DNA of 63,315 nucleotides, filler included, from Octopus bimaculoides (GCF_001194135.2; 8 parts of 8 records of this genome joined end to end with filler, not necessarily neighbours in it), one strand, 5' to 3'; positions 12,501 through 26,419 are shown, counted from the first letter of the whole stretch. Translations and numbers: made by a program. The notes: generated from the sequence alone by a model not told the origin.

Positions 12501-13560
12501 TAACCATTCATGGGTAAGGGCTTTGTCAACATCGGCCCTAGTAACTCTCTTCGTGTATTTGCCATTGAGAGATTTTCTTGCCCATTATCAGTAAGAATGT
12601 GTAAGATGGGTTTTCATGCGCTTAGCTTTTTCTTTGCTTGTTTCTTGTACGTCTTATTCTGGAATTTGCTGTATTTTGAATTCACTTAGCTATTCCTTTG
12701 CCTGTTTTGTTACTCAATATGAGGCTTTCTTGTTTTAATGTTTTCAGGCAAGTTTTAACATCCTGTTCTCAGAGTTTTTCAGGTAGGTGTCTAGGCCAAT
12801 TGTGGCAATCTTCATTGTTAATGCCAGTTGTATAAGTCCACGGCCTCCCTCTTTTCTTGGCAGATAAAGTTGACCTATATCTCCCTTAGGGTGATGCATC
12901 GTATGCATTGTCAACGGTTTTGGTATTTTTCTGTCCAGATAGCATATTTCAATAATTGACCACTTAATGATATTGAAACTGTAAGTCACGACTGGTATGG
13001 CTAAAGCATTTATCGCTTCGATCCTGTTTCTTGCATTCAGCTCAGACTTAAGTATTGCTCTCACCCTGCGATAACATTCTCTTCTGATCCTTTCCCTCAT
13101 CACTGAATGCCTCATTCCATCCCCTTCAACTACCCTTATGTATTTGTAGCTCTATCCTGGTTCTAGCTCTTTTATGCCATACTGCTGGTCAAGGTTAACG
13201 TTAGATGTTTCTGTCATGTTTCCTTTGATAAAGGTAGCTTTTGCACATTTATCGAGGCCAAATTGCATCCTGATGTCATCACTAAATTGTTTGACAATCG
13301 CTAGTAAGCTCTTGAGTTGTTGGTCATGTTTTGCAAAGAGCTTTAAATCATCTATGTAAATGAGATGATCTATATTTGTATGAAACATTTTATAACTGTA
13401 CTGTGCATCATTGAGCAATTTTGAGAGAGGTATTTAGGTTAGACAAAAGATGAGTGGTGATAGTGAGTCACCCTGGAAAATGCCACGTGATATTTTTTTA
13501 CATTTCCAGCATTTAGAGATTCATTGTCACTGTTCAAAATCAGTGTGATTCTCCATGATC
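12500..13560 (-). mobile_element. R4/Dong-like LINE RT fragment
   Basis: IDHLIYIDDLKLFAK (YxDD), FGLDKCAK, LYLPRKEGGRGL, RGIFQGDSLSPLIF and KSLNGKY..DVDKALTHEWL. Confidence 0.88.
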
Positions 13561-13595
13561 TCATACTTACAGACAAAAATTTCACAGAGTATGCG

Positions 13596-14070
13596 CTATT
13601 TTATAGACTTCCAGACATTTCTTAATCCAGCTATGTGGTACACATTTCTTAACCAGCTATGTACCTTAGGGTGGTGTATTGTATGCATTGTGAACAGTTT
13701 TCTTATTTTTCTATGAAGATTACATATTTCAGTAATTGACCAGTTAATGATATTGAAACTGTAAGTCACGACTGGCATGGCTAAAGTATTGTTTCGATCC
13801 TGTTTCTTGCATTCAGCTCTGTCTTGAGTATTGCACTTACCCTGCGATGACATTCTATTCTGACCTTTTCCTTCATCAGTGAATGTTTGATTCCATCCCC
13901 TTCATGTACCCCTAGGTATTTGTAGCTCCCAGCTGCTTCAAATTGCTATATGACATTCAGCTGGTCAAGATTAAAATTGGATTTTTTTGTCACTTTTCTT
14001 TGACAAAAGTAGGTTTCGAACATTTACCGAGGCCGAATTGCATCGCAATGTCATCACTGAATTGTGCTTC
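13596..14070 (-). mobile_element. Diverged paralogous R4/Dong-like RT fragment
   Basis: Similar to 12860-13290, for example tgaaactgtaagtcacgactgg(c/t)atggctaaag and AMPVVTYSFNIINW. Confidence 0.8.
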
Positions 14071-14271
14071 AATTAAAATCCTTCAGTCTCTACTTCGAGC
14101 CCTGAGCTTCTCAATCATTGCTGGGATTTTTCTCTGTCTATTTCTTTATTTCTTTTGCAATTAGTTTAGTCCAGTATTTGCCATGAAAGGACTTTTCTTG
14201 CCATCGTTTTATCATGGTCCGTTCCTGTTCTAGTTCTAGTTTGTATTTCATTTATTTTATAGCTTTTTGTT

Positions 14272-14272
14272 G

Positions 14273-14353
<81 letters not shown>

Positions 14354-14693
14354 GAGTGAGAGAGCAGTGCATGCCATCAAAGTGACACCGAGGTAAAATA
14401 TACGAAGCCCAGTATACCCATCATGACTACCCGTCTGATAAGGGTACACCAGGCACATGCATGCCAACCATATGTGCGTGACATGGTGGTCTCATATCGA
14501 GATAAACAGTGCATTACCTTGTAGGTGGGGTCCAGTTAGAATTTTCTTCAGGTCAAGTAGCCCATCGCGCTCAAAAGGTCCCTGAATAAGGTTTGTTTTT
14601 TTAAGGATGACAAAGTATCCATGTTTCCAGAGGTGAATTATCCAAACCTAAAAGAATTCCTCTCAACACATGGCTATGATGCTCCCCCACTCT
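14272..14693 (-). mobile_element. 5'-truncated family B 3' UTR copy with (AAT)n tail
   Basis: (ATT)n followed by gagtgagagagcagtgcatgccatcaaagtgacac...; shares its upstream part with 5740-5830. Confidence 0.7.
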
Positions 14694-14791
14694 TCTTCTT
14701 CTTCTTCTTCTTCTTCTTCTTCTTCTTCTTCTTCTTCTTCTTCTTCTTCTTCTTCTTCTTCTTCTTCTTCTTCTTCTTCTTCTTCTTCTTC
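14693..14791. repeat. (CTT)n microsatellite
   Basis: Read directly. Confidence 0.95.
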
Positions 14792-14949
14792 AAATTTATT
14801 AGGTAGTACAATATCTTGTTTGTTTTTGACAGCTTCTTTAAATACTGAAAACAGTTTTTTGGTTTTGCTGGTGTTTTTTTTTGGGGCTATTTGTATCAGT
14901 TTTCCTTGCTTCTGAAGTATGTATTTTTGCATTCGTATGGTGGTTATTT

Positions 14950-15680
14950 TATAATAGTTTTGCAGCTGTATTATTATTATTATTCAGTAGTTTTATTTTT
15001 ATAACGTGCTTTCACTTCACTACCGAGCGCAGCTCTATGCGCCTTGGGTATGTGCTGTGGTTTGCTGTGGTGCTCCTATGGTTACTGTATTGAAAGTGTT
15101 TTGCGTAGGATGTGTGCTGTGCCCAGTAGTGCAATTTTCTGTATGTTATATATATTTGTAAGTCCTGGTGTTTTTGTTATGCATTTGTCTGAATATTGTT
15201 TTATTATACCTAAGGCACCTACTATAATAGGAATTGTTTCTGTTTTTAGATTCCACATTCGAGTTACCTCTATTTCCAGGTCTTTGTATTTTGAAAGTTT
15301 TTCCGTTTCTTTTAGAGAGACGTTGTCATCTACTGGTATTGATACATCAATTAGAAAGCATTTTTTTCTTCATGATCTTTGACAACTATATCTGGTCTAT
15401 TTGCTTTAATTTCTCTATCTGTGTGTATTGGCATATCCCAGAGTATGGTTGCTTTCTCGTTTTCTATGACCATTTCTGGTGTGTGTTTATGCCATCTTTT
15501 TTCTGTTGTTATTCCATAGTGTTGGCATAGATTCCAGTGTATATAGGTCCCAGCTCTGTCGTGTCTGTGAATATATTCCTTCTTAGCCAGGACTGGGCAG
15601 CCAGAGATAATATGATTTATTGTTTCTTGTCCATCTCCACAAATTCTACATGTACTTGTTATGTCTTTTTTCATTATATA
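14950..15680 (-). mobile_element. R4/Dong-like LINE 3' end (family A): CCHC knuckle and RLE
   Basis: ORF 15351-15674 CRICGDGQETINHIISGC...RHD...NRPDIVVKD; near-identical to 7990-8560; (TAA)-rich sequence on both sides. Confidence 0.88.
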
Positions 15681-15705
15681 TATTATATATATTATATATA
15701 TTATA

Positions 15706-15736
<31 letters not shown>

Positions 15737-16739
15737 GCTGTTGTTGTTGTTGTCGTCGTTGTTCTTGCTATTGTTGTTGAATTTATTGTTGTTTTTGCTG
15801 CCAGGCCTTGTACGTATTTTGGAGAAAAATAAATTATTATCATTTGTGGTGAAAATACAGTGTCAATTTGAAAACTAAAATTCAAAATTCTCCATTTTGA
15901 ATACAGTTTTCTATTTGACACAATCATGGACTCCCTCCTCCAGACATATAAACCTACTGCAAAATGTCAACGTTTTAGTAAGATGTGGTATTTCCAGTAT
16001 CGAAATCATGCGGTTGAGTATTCAGTGCAGACTGACAGGACACGTTCGAATGCAAGGGATTCTATTTAAACAAATGGACATTTTTAGGTATAAGTTTAAG
16101 TTGAAACAATCATTAAAATCCCAAGTGCTTAATTCAAAATCTTAGGAAAGTTATTATCTAGATCGATATGAATGGTGTAAAATGCGCCACGATGCATCTA
16201 TACGATTTAAGTGGAAGAAATGCAACAATGACAGGCGAAATTAAAATCATCATTCACTCCATGGTAATTTCGTAGCAAAATCCATAATTTTACTCAAATT
16301 ACATTCCTGCATCAGTTGCAAATATAAAATGTGCAGCTTTTTTGTTTTTTAATATTTCTTTAACATTCTTTCATTAAAACACCCATACTTCGAAATCGAT
16401 TGGAATGNNNNNNNNNNNNNNNNNNNNNNNNNNNNNNNNNNNNNNNNNNNNNNNNNNNNNNNNNNNNNNNNNNNNNNNNNNNNNNNNNNNNNNNNNNNNN
16501 NNNNNNNNNNNNNNNNNNNNNNNNNNNNNNNNNNNNNNNNNNNNNNNNNNNNNNNNNNNNNNNNNNNNNNNNNNNNNNNNNNNNNNNNNNNNNNNNNNNN
16601 NNNNNNNNNNNNNNNNNNNNNNNNNNNNNNNNNNNNNNNNNNNNNNNNNNNNNNNNNNNNNNNNNNNNNNNNNNNNNNNNNNNNNNNNNNNNNNNNNNCC
16701 TCCTCCTCCTCCTCCTCCTCCTTCTTCTTCTTCTTCTTC

Positions 16740-17220
16740 TGATTCTGATTATTATTATTATTATTATTATTATTGAGTGAAAGAGCAATGCATGCCATCA
16801 AAGTGATACTGGGGTAAAATATATGAAGTGTAGTATCCACACCATGACACCCTGTTTGGTAAGGGTAAGGCAGGCTCATGTATCGTATACATATGTGCAC
16901 GATATGCTGATATCATATCAACACAAACCTTATAGGTGGGGCCCAGCAAGAAATTTATTCAGGTCGAGTAGCCCATCGTGATCAAAAGCTCACTGAATAA
17001 GGGTTGTTTGAAGATGTTGAACGAAATGCCTATGTTTTCAAAGGTAAATTATCCAAACCCCAATTATTCCTCTCAACACCTAGTTATGATGGTCCCCCAC
17101 TACTCCTGCTCGTGTCAGAGATGCCCACAATGTCACCCACTAAGGAACAGGCTGAAGCCGTGACGGTCAAACAAGTGACAAATAAATCTAAGGTATTGAG
17201 CAAAATATTTACTGTATCCC
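16740..17220 (-). mobile_element. 5'-truncated family B 3' UTR copy with (AAT)n tail
   Basis: Same sequence family as 14353-14693 and 5630-5830. Confidence 0.7.
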
Positions 17221-17329
17221 ATCGTTTATACAAGACAAAACAATATATATATGATAACATTTCCAATCGGTTAAGATGAGAAGCTATGCGAGCCACTGCC
17301 GCGTGCTGCATCAGGGCATTTATCGTTAT

Positions 17330-17365
17330 TATTATTATTATTACTATTATTATTATCGTTATTAC

Positions 17366-17423
<58 letters not shown>

Positions 17424-17600
17424 GAGTGAGAATTCAGTGAATGATATCTAAGTGACACTGGAGTAAAATATACGAAGCCATGAATAGCCATCATGACTAC
17501 CCGACTGATAAGGGTACACCAGGCACGTGGATCACCACCATGTTCGCGACATGGTGATCCCATATAAAAATAAACAGCGCATGACCTTGCAGGTGGACTT
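17330..17600 (-). mobile_element. Short family B 3' UTR copy with (AAT)n tail
   Basis: (ATT)n followed by gagtgagaattcag...gtgacactggagtaaaatatacgaagcc. Confidence 0.65.
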
Positions 17601-17649
17601 CTTCCCAGCTTCTTGTTCTGCTGTGATAATATTATTGGTTTCACAGTGG

Positions 17650-18620
17650 TCTCGGAGGAAGAGGTTTAAACATGCTGTATATCACTTATACATTAAGCTC
17701 TGGCAAGCAATTGGCCAGCAGTTTTTTGCCATGTGGGTGTTTCTGCATTTGTGGATGAATTTTGTCTCTGCCAGAGCTAGGGAGTGTGGGATGCTACTGT
17801 TCCCAATGAAAGCTTGCTGGTACAGATTGATAAGGTATGGCCGGTAGAATGTTAGCTTCTTATACCAATATCCAAGAATCAAGTCTCTTCCCGGTGCTTT
17901 TCCATCCTAGAGTTTCTGGATCACAGACGCATGAGTTTCACCATCAATGTTGTATGTCTTGGATATAACGCAGGTGCAATAACTTATTTTCATTTCTTCC
18001 AGCCACAGAGCATCATGGTTAAATTATTTCTCTTGACTCCAGATTTCCCTCCAGAAGGTGTCTATGTCTTCTCGTGAAGGAGCTTCCGCGGTATTTATTG
18101 CTCCTCCTCTCTTGCCTCTGTATACTACTCCCTAGTTGCCCTTAATTTCTTTTTATTGTTCTTCTCAGTTATTCTCTTCTGATAGCGAAGTTTTTCACAG
18201 ACAGTTTTTAGCTCCTGCTTGCAAGTGAGCCTCCTCTTTTTTCTGTCTCCAAACATCATTTCTATCTCCTTCTTTAGTGTCTGTTGGTGGGACGTATGTG
18301 ATTTGCTTGTTTGCATGCAATAAGCATAATTACATGAAACCAGTTGTCTTTTTTTTTCTGTTTTCAAAACCCATGATGGTGCTTTCTTTGTTATTCCTGT
18401 TTTGTTTACTTTTTGAATATCATTCATGTACTGTTTTACAATGGTAGCCAGCGCATAATAGACAGGCATTAATCTGCCAGTATGAGATTCAATGTTGTAA
18501 ATGCTCATCACTAAATTCGTTAACATATTTTAATACCGTATCTGATAGTTTTTTGTTTTTTTTACTTACTTTGGTAGAGAACAATCTCTCCTCGAGAGAG
18601 TCCTTCAAAGACCAAGATAT
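17650..18620 (-). mobile_element. R4/Dong-like LINE, region N-terminal to and including the start of RT
   Basis: PGRDLILGYWYKKL, IPHSLALAETKFIHK..NCWPIACQSLMYK (variant of G.T.LIPK..NYRPI.CL) and KAPSWV...LRYQKRI. Confidence 0.75.
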
Positions 18621-18676
18621 TTTTCTCGGAAATTTCACTAAGGGCACATTTCACCGGCATATACTCCGGACTTCTT

Positions 18677-18870
<194 letters not shown>

Positions 18871-19167
18871 ATAATCGTTGCGGTTGTGCCTGCTATTTAC
18901 CATAGTCGTAGCAGGGGACAGTCGTCAGTTACTTGAGCCCTGTAATGTAGCTTCGCTGGCAGGCACTATTGAATCTGTTGGAATGTCGCTAGCTGCGAAA
19001 TTTCGTGATGGTCTTATATCATTCACGCTTTCGGCTTTGTTCATAGAGTTGGGAAGAAAGTTAATTTTCGACTTTTTTAATAAAGTTACAGTTACTAATC
19101 TTCTTTCTATGTCCTACAAATGTTGCTTGTTGGCGTAGTTGCTTCGCAGTAAAATTATTTACCTCTG

Positions 19168-19251
19168 GATGCAGATCCAATCGATTCATATAGCAGATGC
19201 AGATCTAATCGATTCATATAGCAGATGCAGATCTAATCGATTCATATTGCC
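19168..19251. repeat. 28-bp minisatellite, 3 copies
   Basis: Unit gatgcagatc(c/t)aatcgattcatatagca read directly. Confidence 0.9.
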
Positions 19252-20679
19252 AACAGGGGGCGGGGGTTGTTTCGCGTTTTCGTAGCAGTTAAATAGATCA
19301 TTATTCAATTCATAGCTCCTGGAGAAATGAGTTTTGTATCTACGGCTTCTTCTTTAACTACAGTTAGAAAAAAAAATGTTTATCTGTTGAGCTGTTTTAG
19401 TTCTGTTCCTAGATTGTGTTGTTGTTGTGTCGAGCCATATTGCTTTCAGTAACTCTCTGTATTGAAGATTAAATTTTGCAGTCGAAAATCACTACGATCA
19501 GGAATAAAACACTCCCTCAGTATTTCATCTGAAAAATAACCAGTTATTTATCAAGGCTGATAGTTGTGGCTCTAAAGATGGAGATAGTATTCATCGTATT
19601 TTCAATAAATAGCCTCTCACGCCAAATAAGCGACTTGCCGCTTCGAATGGTTATGTATGTATGTATGTATGTATGTATGTATGCATATTTATTTACATAC
19701 GTGCGTGTACCGATCTACTGATATTTTTTGGCATTCTTCAAGAATTTAATGGAGATGTTTGTTAAGCATTATGGAGTTCTTCACTCTGAGCGCAGTGTCA
19801 CACTCAATACATGCACAAACATGCACGCACATATACTCATGCTAATCTCATTAGAACCGCATTCATGCACCTATCTTACACAAATATAATCAGAAGAAAA
19901 GAAAAAGAACTGACGGTTCGCGACATGTAACATATAGTTGTTAAATGTCACCTTGTATATATTGGTTGATATTTTTTCTGCATTACGCATGGTTTGCCCA
20001 GGTTACATACAGACATGATTATGCTTGTAGAAAGTCAATGTCTTGAAAATTCTCATTAGAAATTTCAATATGCAGAGAAATTCTGCTTGTTTAAAGTAAG
20101 TGATCAAAATATGTACAACACATATTAGTGCATATTGGTGTTTCTCGTACTGAAATAAATATAAAGAAAACAAAACTCTAAATTACATTTTTTTATGAAA
20201 AATATCGTCTCGACGATAAATGTCATAAATTATCAAACAAAAAATCGATTGTATTTCTTTGTTATGGTAAACAAAATAAAAGAGCAAATTATTTTACATT
20301 ATCATCTTCACGATATTTTATATACTATACGAAACCTATGAAAATGTGCTGATACTATCATTGTTTGTCGTGTTTCTCATTACATCTCTAGTGAATAATT
20401 CGACACATTTTCCGGGCTCATCGTACGTTAATCTTATTTTTGTGTTGTTCTTAAATATTTGTACTGACATCTATTAGACATGTAAGCAAAATTGCATCGC
20501 TCCTAGATTATATATATATATTTTCAGATTCCAATGAAAACTTTTTGGAAAATATACTATAATTTAAACAATTTTAAATGGAACTTGATTTTTATTAAAT
20601 TTCATTTCTTACTCGCTAAGTTAATTATTCGCTATATTTCAGTAATCATTGAAACCGTTAACAAAATAGTTGAGAAATA

Positions 20680-21450
20680 CAGTGGGGGAAAATAAATATT
20701 CGTACATGTCAAAATTCTTTATTTATTTAATTTCTAATGAACATAAATGGGATATACCAATACTATATTTGCATACATATGCATAAACTGAGAATATGCA
20801 AAAGAAACTAATAAATTATAGTAACTAATGAATTTATATACAATGACAAATATTTAGGGGTGAAAAAAGTATTCGTACAGAATACATTTATGAGTTCTAT
20901 GCCACAAAATACTGTTAAAATAATGTTTTTTTACAAGAACTTACTCGTTTGATCCAATAATTCTATCAGTGGTCATTTTTAAGTGTCAAAAGGCTAGCTT
21001 CTTCATGCAACACCGAGACAACATAAAGTAGTTTTATAATAATGGTGAAAAGTAAAAAAAAACTCAAAAAGTCAGTGAAAAACTTAATTATTGAACAGTG
21101 AAAAGTAGGTAAAAGTTACAGGAAAATATCAGAGATCCTTTGTATTCCATTTTCTACCGTATAACACATAACTTAGAAATAGCGCCACAGATGTACCAAC
21201 ACACACAAGATTGAAACATAGCTGAACTCACGGACTTCTCATAAGGAATTCCGGAAGAAGATTCGTGAGACCACTACTGAGACGCTTCCGAAAAAAAAAA
21301 AAAAAGAAAACCGTTGGAAAAAAGTTTATAGCAGAGACTCCAGCTAAGAAGATCTGAAGAAGGAATTGTAATTCCGAAATATCATCGGACTATATATAAC
21401 CAAATTACAACAGGTATATAGTCCAATTTTTTTGTTTTATGGTGCATTGT
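20680..21450 (+). mobile_element. Tc1-family DNA transposon relic: left IR/DR end and transposase N-terminus
   Basis: TA|CAGTGGGGGAAAATAAATATTCGTACA at 20680 and an inner repeat GGGGTGAAAAAAGTATTCGTACA at 20857. MVKSKKKLKKSVKNLIIEQ*KVGKSYRKISEILCIPFSTV at about 21042-21165 matches the Tc1 paired-like HTH. Confidence 0.75.
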
Positions 21451-21526
21451 TGTACCATTCTAAACTTTTTATTCTTTACAAACAATACATAATGCTTCAA
21501 GCGAACTACAATACTCTCCTATATAT

Positions 21527-21561
<35 letters not shown>

Positions 21562-21730
21562 GGCGTAGTAGTGGATGTGTGGTAAGAAGCTTCCTTCCCA
21601 ATCGCATTATTCCCGGTTCAGCACAACTGCGTGGCACCTTCCGCAAGTGTCTTCTACTACAGCCTCGTGCTGACCAAAACTTGTGAGCGGATGTGGTAAA
21701 CGGAAACCAAAAGGACAACTCCGTCGTATA
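21562..21730 (+). mobile_element. tRNA-derived SINE family 1 (head and body)
   Basis: GGCGTAGTAGTGGATGTGTGGTAAG A-box region and GGTTCAGCAC B-box region; body shared with many copies in the window. Confidence 0.8.
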
Positions 21731-21733
21731 TAA

Positions 21734-21807
<74 letters not shown>

Positions 21808-24522
21808 GTGTGTATGTGTATAGTTAGAAAAAAGGCATCAGAATTCTGGACAATTCTTTATAAGCGGTTTCTTTCGTTTATCGAACTCGTCAAGACAAAA
21901 TCAAAATCAAAATGATAAAAACAGAGTTTTCTTGTTTATTTATATAAATCAAATGATTTGTGCTCTGATTGGAAGAGCAGAAAAATGCTCTTTGTTTTTT
22001 GGAAAAAAGGGAGAAAGAGAGATATAAAAACAAATTAGGGGGAAAATAAAACGGTGAGAGAGATAGATAGCTATATATATATGTGTGTGTGTGTGTGTGT
22101 ATTTTTCAACGTGAAAAATAACACAGAAAAGATAAATAAATAGTTACCAGATAGCAAAAATTCCCATAAGTGCCAAGGATATTACAGTATGTTAATAAAG
22201 TCTAAAATTCCAGCGTTAAGTGAAATGTGTTTGTATAACAAGGTAAAATTAAGAAATTGAGACAAACATAGGTGTTACTCAAATCATTTATACTTCCAAC
22301 GTGTTTCGAAGAAAGCTTTGAGATTATTCCAGAGGGAATAAAAATGATGTAGAACAATGCAATCATCTCGTCGGGGAAAAAAAGAGAAGGAAAATACATC
22401 AATAAGCCATTTTACCCGAATGTGATTACCACGTATATGATGAAAGGGTACGCTGGCAAAAATGTTATTAGATTTAACATTAAAGGTAATTTACAGAAAG
22501 AGAAGGAGGTGAAAGAATGAAATTAACAGAAATTAAGAGTGGAGAAATATAGGGCGATAGATAAATAGGAAAGTAATTTAAAACCGTGGAACTAGATACA
22601 TGTAGTGTAAATGAAATGTAAGATTTTTATATATTAGTAGAAATTACTTATAGAAAATACAAGTATGTTTTTGCCAATGTTTAAAACGATAAACGCGTTC
22701 TTTAAACGTGTTTACAAAAATATTCTCCGAGAAAAGTTTGAGAAATTGTTCTTCGTTAGAGGTTCGGACAAAAAAAAATATCTTTGTCATATGGGAAGGA
22801 TCTGGACAGAATTGGCCATTCCGAATCGAATTTATTACTATTACCCTTTAGAGATCAAATTAATTTACTAAGCCGAGCATTCTTGCGTTTATTGATATGT
22901 CTAAATGTAGAGTAATGGTTAGATTTCTTTTCGACAACTGAGACCATGAGCTACCTATGTATTTAAAGACATAACAACCAGAAGTAATTTTACATTGATA
23001 AACAGAGATTCTAGTCTTAGAATTACTGCTAAAGAAACGAATACCCCCCACCCACCAACCAAGAAACTTTTAAAATTTGACTGTTTTCTTAAAATATATA
23101 TATGGGGAAGCATATTTTTGTACCAGCAACAAACAACCCTTGAACGGTTCAATGTAAAAATTAAATTTTTCAGTATCTCTGAACATAGTGCACTGTCATT
23201 TCATTGCTCACTTGAAATGAATCAAACTCAGACCCACGCCACACCAGAGATTTCTGGATCCACACCCGCATAACGATACTCCAGTTCGACTACTCACTCT
23301 CCGGCCTAGCAAAGATGCTTCTCTTCATGTGCTTCGTCTCAGTTTATGCAAGTGGACGCAGAGGCTAAACGCTATTTAATAGCTATCATTGTGAAGGGAG
23401 TTGGCAGAAATAACTTAAATTGAACCTTTTAGGGGAAAATTAATACATTAGTACATTAATGAAAGAAAAACTGGGTAAAACCCTATTGCGATGTTAATAC
23501 TTGTTACCTATTGACCAAACACTAATCCCAATACCCCTATGCAAAGCGGGGTGTGGTGAAAGTCAATCCTACAAGATAATTCGTCAGCTGACATTTAAAA
23601 ACAATCGTGCTTTTCAGGCACGTTAGGACTATTAATAAACTACAAGACCAGTANNNNNNNNNNNNNNNNNNNNNNNNNNNNNNNNNNNNNNNNNNNNNNN
23701 NNNNNNGTAGACATAATTATAAGAATACATATAAATATAATGATAGTTAAGGCATGAATATTCAAGTCGGTCCTAACTAATGAATGCGCTATGGGAAGTA
23801 CTTACGGATACGTGAGTAGCGTGTCATTAGGTATATCAGAGATACACTTCCAATCAAGTAATTATCTGCACGAGAATCGTGTAGGCAAAGGCGATTAGTT
23901 GAAAAGTAAATAATCATAAACAGAGGCTAAAGATTCTATCATAAAAGAGTAGTTTGATAGTATATTATCATACTAAGATGCATAGCTAAGTCATATACTA
24001 GAATAGTGTTTATGAAGTATTATTATGTTGTGTGAAAGTCTGTGTACTAATTTCAAGCTTATGAGTAAAGTCCGAAATACAGTTACTCCATATATTTACA
24101 AATTTACAACCTTTACAACTTAACAACCTGATATAATTATAATTATAATACACATATGGTTGCTTACGTTCCCTAAGTTATTTCGTAACATGAATACTTT
24201 CTGCTTATATCCAGGAATGATAATAATCCCAACCTTACTTTTAGCGTCTATGAATTGTTTACACACTTGTTTTGTAATACACAGTTTCGCCGCTTCAACT
24301 ACAGCCTAAATAGATTTTAACTCAGACATGTACACATGAACCCTTGTATTTCGGAGTCTACTTCTAAGCTTGAAATGGCTGATCTCATTGCATTACTTGT
24401 ACCACTTAAACGCATGTCTGTTATCATTTCATAAATACATATAATTGGAATATTTACTGGACGATGTTTGTCGACTTTATATCATCTCCATTTTCTTATT
24501 TGCCTTTTATATATATATATAT

Positions 24523-24622
24523 NNNNNNNNNNNNNNNNNNNNNNNNNNNNNNNNNNNNNNNNNNNNTTAATTAATTAANNNNNNNNNNNNNNNNNNNNNN
24601 NNNNNNNNNNNNNNNNNNNNNN
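24523..24622. other. Artificial scaffold join: 44 N + TTAATTAATTAA + 44 N
   Basis: Same 100-bp layout at 44696, 48700, 50509, 58675, 59891 and 61103; the linker is palindromic with stops in all six frames. Confidence 0.95.
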
Positions 24623-24669
<47 letters not shown>

Positions 24670-25009
24670 GTAAGTGAAACCCAGAAAGCTTTAAGAGTCG
24701 CAGCTGAAAGAAGAATTCTTTCGACATTCAACGACAATCTTATTATGAGTAGATTCATCATATATACACGCACATATATACAAACAAACATAGTTACATA
24801 AATACATGAGCACACAAGAACACGCGCGAGCGAAATACTTGTTCGCTTTGTAACCAGTCTCACATCATGGCACTTTGGGGCCATGAAGTGGGGCCACTAT
24901 AGACTCAGACCAACCAATGGATGGTGAGTGAATTTGATAGGCGGAAACTATGTGGAAGCATATCGCGCGTGTGCATGTGTGTGTGTGTGTAAGTATATAT
25001 ATAATCATC

Positions 25010-25360
25010 ATAATCATCATCATTCAGCATCTATTTTTTTTTTCTTGTGATGGCAAAGATTGGACGGCTTGACAGAAGCTGGCATGGCCAGGACCCACAC
25101 CAGGCTCCATGTATGTTTTCGCTTTATTCCTACAGCATGATGCCCTGCCTAATGCCAACCACTTTACAGTGCATTGGATGCTGTTTATGTGGTTCCAGCA
25201 CCAATGCTTTTGACGTGACACCAGCTCCTTCATATATATGTGTGTGTGTGTGTGTGTCATCGTCATCATTTAACGTCCGTGACCCATGCTGACATGGGTT
25301 GGACGGTTTGACAGGAGCTGATAAGTTGGAGAGCTGCACCAGGCTCCAATTGTTTGTTTT
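25010..25360 (-). mobile_element. Two RTE-type 3' tails ending in (GAT)n
   Basis: catcatcat..tttaacgtccg..ccatgctg(g)catgggttggacggtttgac; the family also occurs at 31985, 34736 and 48420, and on + at 26780. Confidence 0.7.
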
Positions 25361-25447
25361 GTATGTATGTATGTATCTGCCATCCCATCACCCTCATAAC
25401 TTGGTGGTTCAGTTAAACAGCCAACAGAATAAGTACTAGACTTGTGA

Positions 25448-25520
<73 letters not shown>

Positions 25521-25819
25521 TAAAAATAAATACAAAAAAAGGGTTTTGTATGAACGTGTATAGAGGAATATATTATTTTATTTAAAAGAGTTCCAACTCT
25601 GTCTGTTTTTTTATGTTTTATTTATATTCTTGTAGAATTAATGTGGGATATAGAATATGGAATATATAATATATAATATAAAAATGGATGGTACAATGAA
25701 ATGAAGTATTGAATGTCTTATTGAATATATGGAATATGTCTTATTGAATATATGAAATATTGAGTGTTCAATATAAAGGATTAAATATATAAAGGCAAAT
25801 ACGTATTTTCAATACCTTG

Positions 25820-26330
25820 TGGTATTTCATCATGGCCGGTATCTGACAGTGGGTCCCTTGTTCAATCTATCCCTCAGACTTCTCGTTTCTCCATCATTGC
25901 CCTCCATCAACCACCTAACTGCATATTTCATCACCATTTTCTGCGATACCAGTGTATCTATCTTGCAACGTGGATCATTTCATTTGCCATCCAGCTTACA
26001 TTCTTAACACGACCCTCTCTACTGACATTTTAAATTCATGACCCTACTTTGTTACCAAGTTATCTTTCCTTATCTACCACTATACATCTCTCACTCTCCT
26101 CACACATTACATCTGTCTCTTCCTTCACACTTTTGCAACCTACCCACCCACACATCGTCTGCCTTTCTCTCATCCATCTCCTGTCTACTGTATTACCATT
26201 ACTATCCTTCCGTTCTTCACAGACTCTTCTGCAATGCATATAATACAAGTAGCCATGTACTTCCTGTAAAGCTTGTTCTAGCATCTTCTCACATAACACT
26301 GTGTAACATAATCTTTAATTGTTTGTTTTT
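25820..26330 (-). mobile_element. RTE LINE RT C-terminal relic
   Basis: LYYMHC...DRRWMRERQTMCGW resembles the RTE LY.AC...W....RL...E..MLRWM motif. Confidence 0.5.
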
Positions 26331-26419
26331 GGTCAGACAGTGTTATTTCCTATTTGCTTCTTTCTAGAAATCAAAGGAAATGACTTCTATGCTCTTTGCT
26401 TTTGTGACCTGGACATCAA

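Noticed and set aside
23400-24050. Unusual-composition segment considered as a NUMT
   Set aside because: I could not recognise any mitochondrial gene, tRNA or rRNA motif on either strand.
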